From an uncultured Acidobacteriota bacterium (lineage in GTDB: Bacteria > Acidobacteriota > Vicinamibacteria > Marinacidobacterales > SMYC01), in NCBI GenBank assembly GCA_964553925.1, contig CAZKNR010000128.1, forward strand, positions 2,017 to 66,016: a DNA stretch of 64,000 nt. Reading direction: 5' to 3'. Below, in pieces: positions 63,117-64,000 of this stretch. The notes beneath the pieces were generated by a model. The model was not told the origin of the DNA. It saw nothing but the letters and a program-made list of their open reading frames with translations, and searched no databases. The position numbers and the translations under genes were made by a program. Every line of letters begins with the position of its first letter. The first letter of the stretch is position 1.

Positions 63117-64000
63117 ATGATCCGCGCCTCTCTCTGGATGCTCGTCGCCTCCTCGGCTCGATTCGTCGACGTTACTGATGAGGCCGGGATCGTGTTTCAC
63201 CACCGGAATGGAGGCGGCGCCGACAAGCACATCGTCGAGACGATGTCGGGCGGCGGCGGTTTCTGGGACTACGACGGCGACTCCGACCTGGACGTCTACC
63301 TGCTGAATGGCGCGGCGCAACCCGCGCTCTACCGAAACGAGGGCGGGCGGTTCCTCGACGTGACGGAGGTGGCGGGACTGAAAGTGTCAGGATATTCCAT
63401 GGGTTGCGCGGCGGCGGACTACGACAACGACGGAGACCTCGACCTGTTCGTCTCGAGCTTCGGACCGGGCCACCTCTATCGGAACGAAGGGGACGGGACG
63501 TTTACCGAGGTGACCCAGACGGCGGGAGTGGGGGCCGCCGAGTTCGCCGCGAGCGCCGCCTTCGCGGACATCGAAGGCGATGGGGACCTCGATCTCTATG
63601 TGACCACCTACATCGAGTACCGGCTCGATAACCCGGTGTACTGCGGCGATCGAACGCTCGGGGTAAGGACCTATTGCCATCCCAACAACTACCCTGGCGC
63701 GCCCGACCTCCTCTACCGGAACGAGGGCGATGGGACGTTCTCCGACGTGTCGGTCGAAGCCGGTGTGAGCCTGAAAGAGGGCCGGGGTCTGGGGGTGATT
63801 TTCACCGACTACGAGGAGGACGGCGATCCGGACATCTACGTCGCGAATGACACGATGATGAACTACTTCTTCCGGAACCTGGGCGCCGGTCGATTCGAAG
63901 AAGATGCCCTCGCCATGGGGCTGGGATTCGACGAGGACGGGCGCGCGGAGGGAAGCATGGGCATAGACGCCTCCGACTACGACGGCGACGGGAAGCTTGA
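63117..64000 (+). CDS. CRTAC1-family FG-GAP/VCBS repeat protein, copy 2; 5' part only, runs off the right edge
   Basis: Not in the ORF track. Hand translation from ATG 63117: MIRASLWMLVASSARFVDVTDEAGIVFHH...WDYDGDSDLDVYLLNG...LYRNEGGRFLDVT...DYDNDGDLDLFV...LYRNEGDGTFTEVT... Confidence 0.75.
   Translation, partial: MIRASLWMLVASSARFVDVTDEAGIVFHHRNGGGADKHIVETMSGGGGFWDYDGDSDLDVYLLNGAAQPALYRNEGGRFLDVTEVAGLKVSGYSMGCAAADYDNDGDLDLFVSSFGPGHLYRNEGDGTFTEVTQTAGVGAAEFAASAAFADIEGDGDLDLYVTTYIEYRLDNPVYCGDRTLGVRTYCHPNNYPGAPDLLYRNEGDGTFSDVSVEAGVSLKEGRGLGVIFTDYEEDGDPDIYVANDTMMNYFFRNLGAGRFEEDALAMGLGFDEDGRAEGSMGIDASDYDGDGKL

Overview
High-GC bacterial chromosomal segment, judged by eye and not computed. The gene content suggests an Acidobacteriota-like lineage, by inference only: a GWxTD protein, CarboxypepD_reg-type TonB-like outer-membrane proteins, CRTAC1/ASPIC FG-GAP proteins, sulfatase-TPR fusions and futalosine-pathway genes. 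I support about 56 protein-coding genes, two of which are cut by the window edges and absent from the ORF track. I saw no rRNA, tRNA, CRISPR array, transposase or integrase.

Gene layout:
- Left two thirds is mostly housekeeping: yebC-ruvC-ruvA; a futalosine menaquinone cluster; tilS-hpt-ftsH-folP-cdaA-cdaR-glmM-pdxJ-lepB; yggS-divIVA; queD-dinG; glyA; grpE; a GDP-sugar/GT39 cluster; lptD.
- Right third (about 41-64 kb) is a paralog-rich envelope/secreted-protein region. It holds two large inverted OMP paralogs, two sulfatase-TPR paralogs plus one decayed copy, two CRTAC1-like genes, an octaheme cytochrome c and a RES-Xre toxin-antitoxin pair.

Main second-look items:
1. The radical SAM ORF that the track ends at TGA 39190-39192 continues in frame as C-U-A-E-P... 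to TAG 39232-39234. A SECIS-like hairpin lies 12 nt after the TGA, so this is a probable selenoprotein, followed by an Nfu scaffold gene.
2. The RES-Xre module sits between about 120-bp imperfect direct repeats that duplicate the promoter and 5' end of the neighbouring TPR gene.
3. A roughly 105-nt G-rich palindromic element occurs twice, in opposite orientations (21305-21412 and 29892-29992).
4. An AGTATA -10-like core recurs 6-12 nt from start codons, three times inside 9-27 bp divergent intergenic regions. This suggests leaderless, back-to-back promoters.
5. A lysine/alanine-rich histone-H1-like protein carries an acidic tail.
6. The Hpt homolog appears to have lost the canonical PRPP-binding acidic pair.
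7. An xre / ParB-fold / DUF485 / actP unit is tightly packed.

Many long ORFs in the track are antisense or out-of-frame shadows typical of high-GC DNA and were rejected. All homology calls come from motif recognition by eye, and no searches were run.
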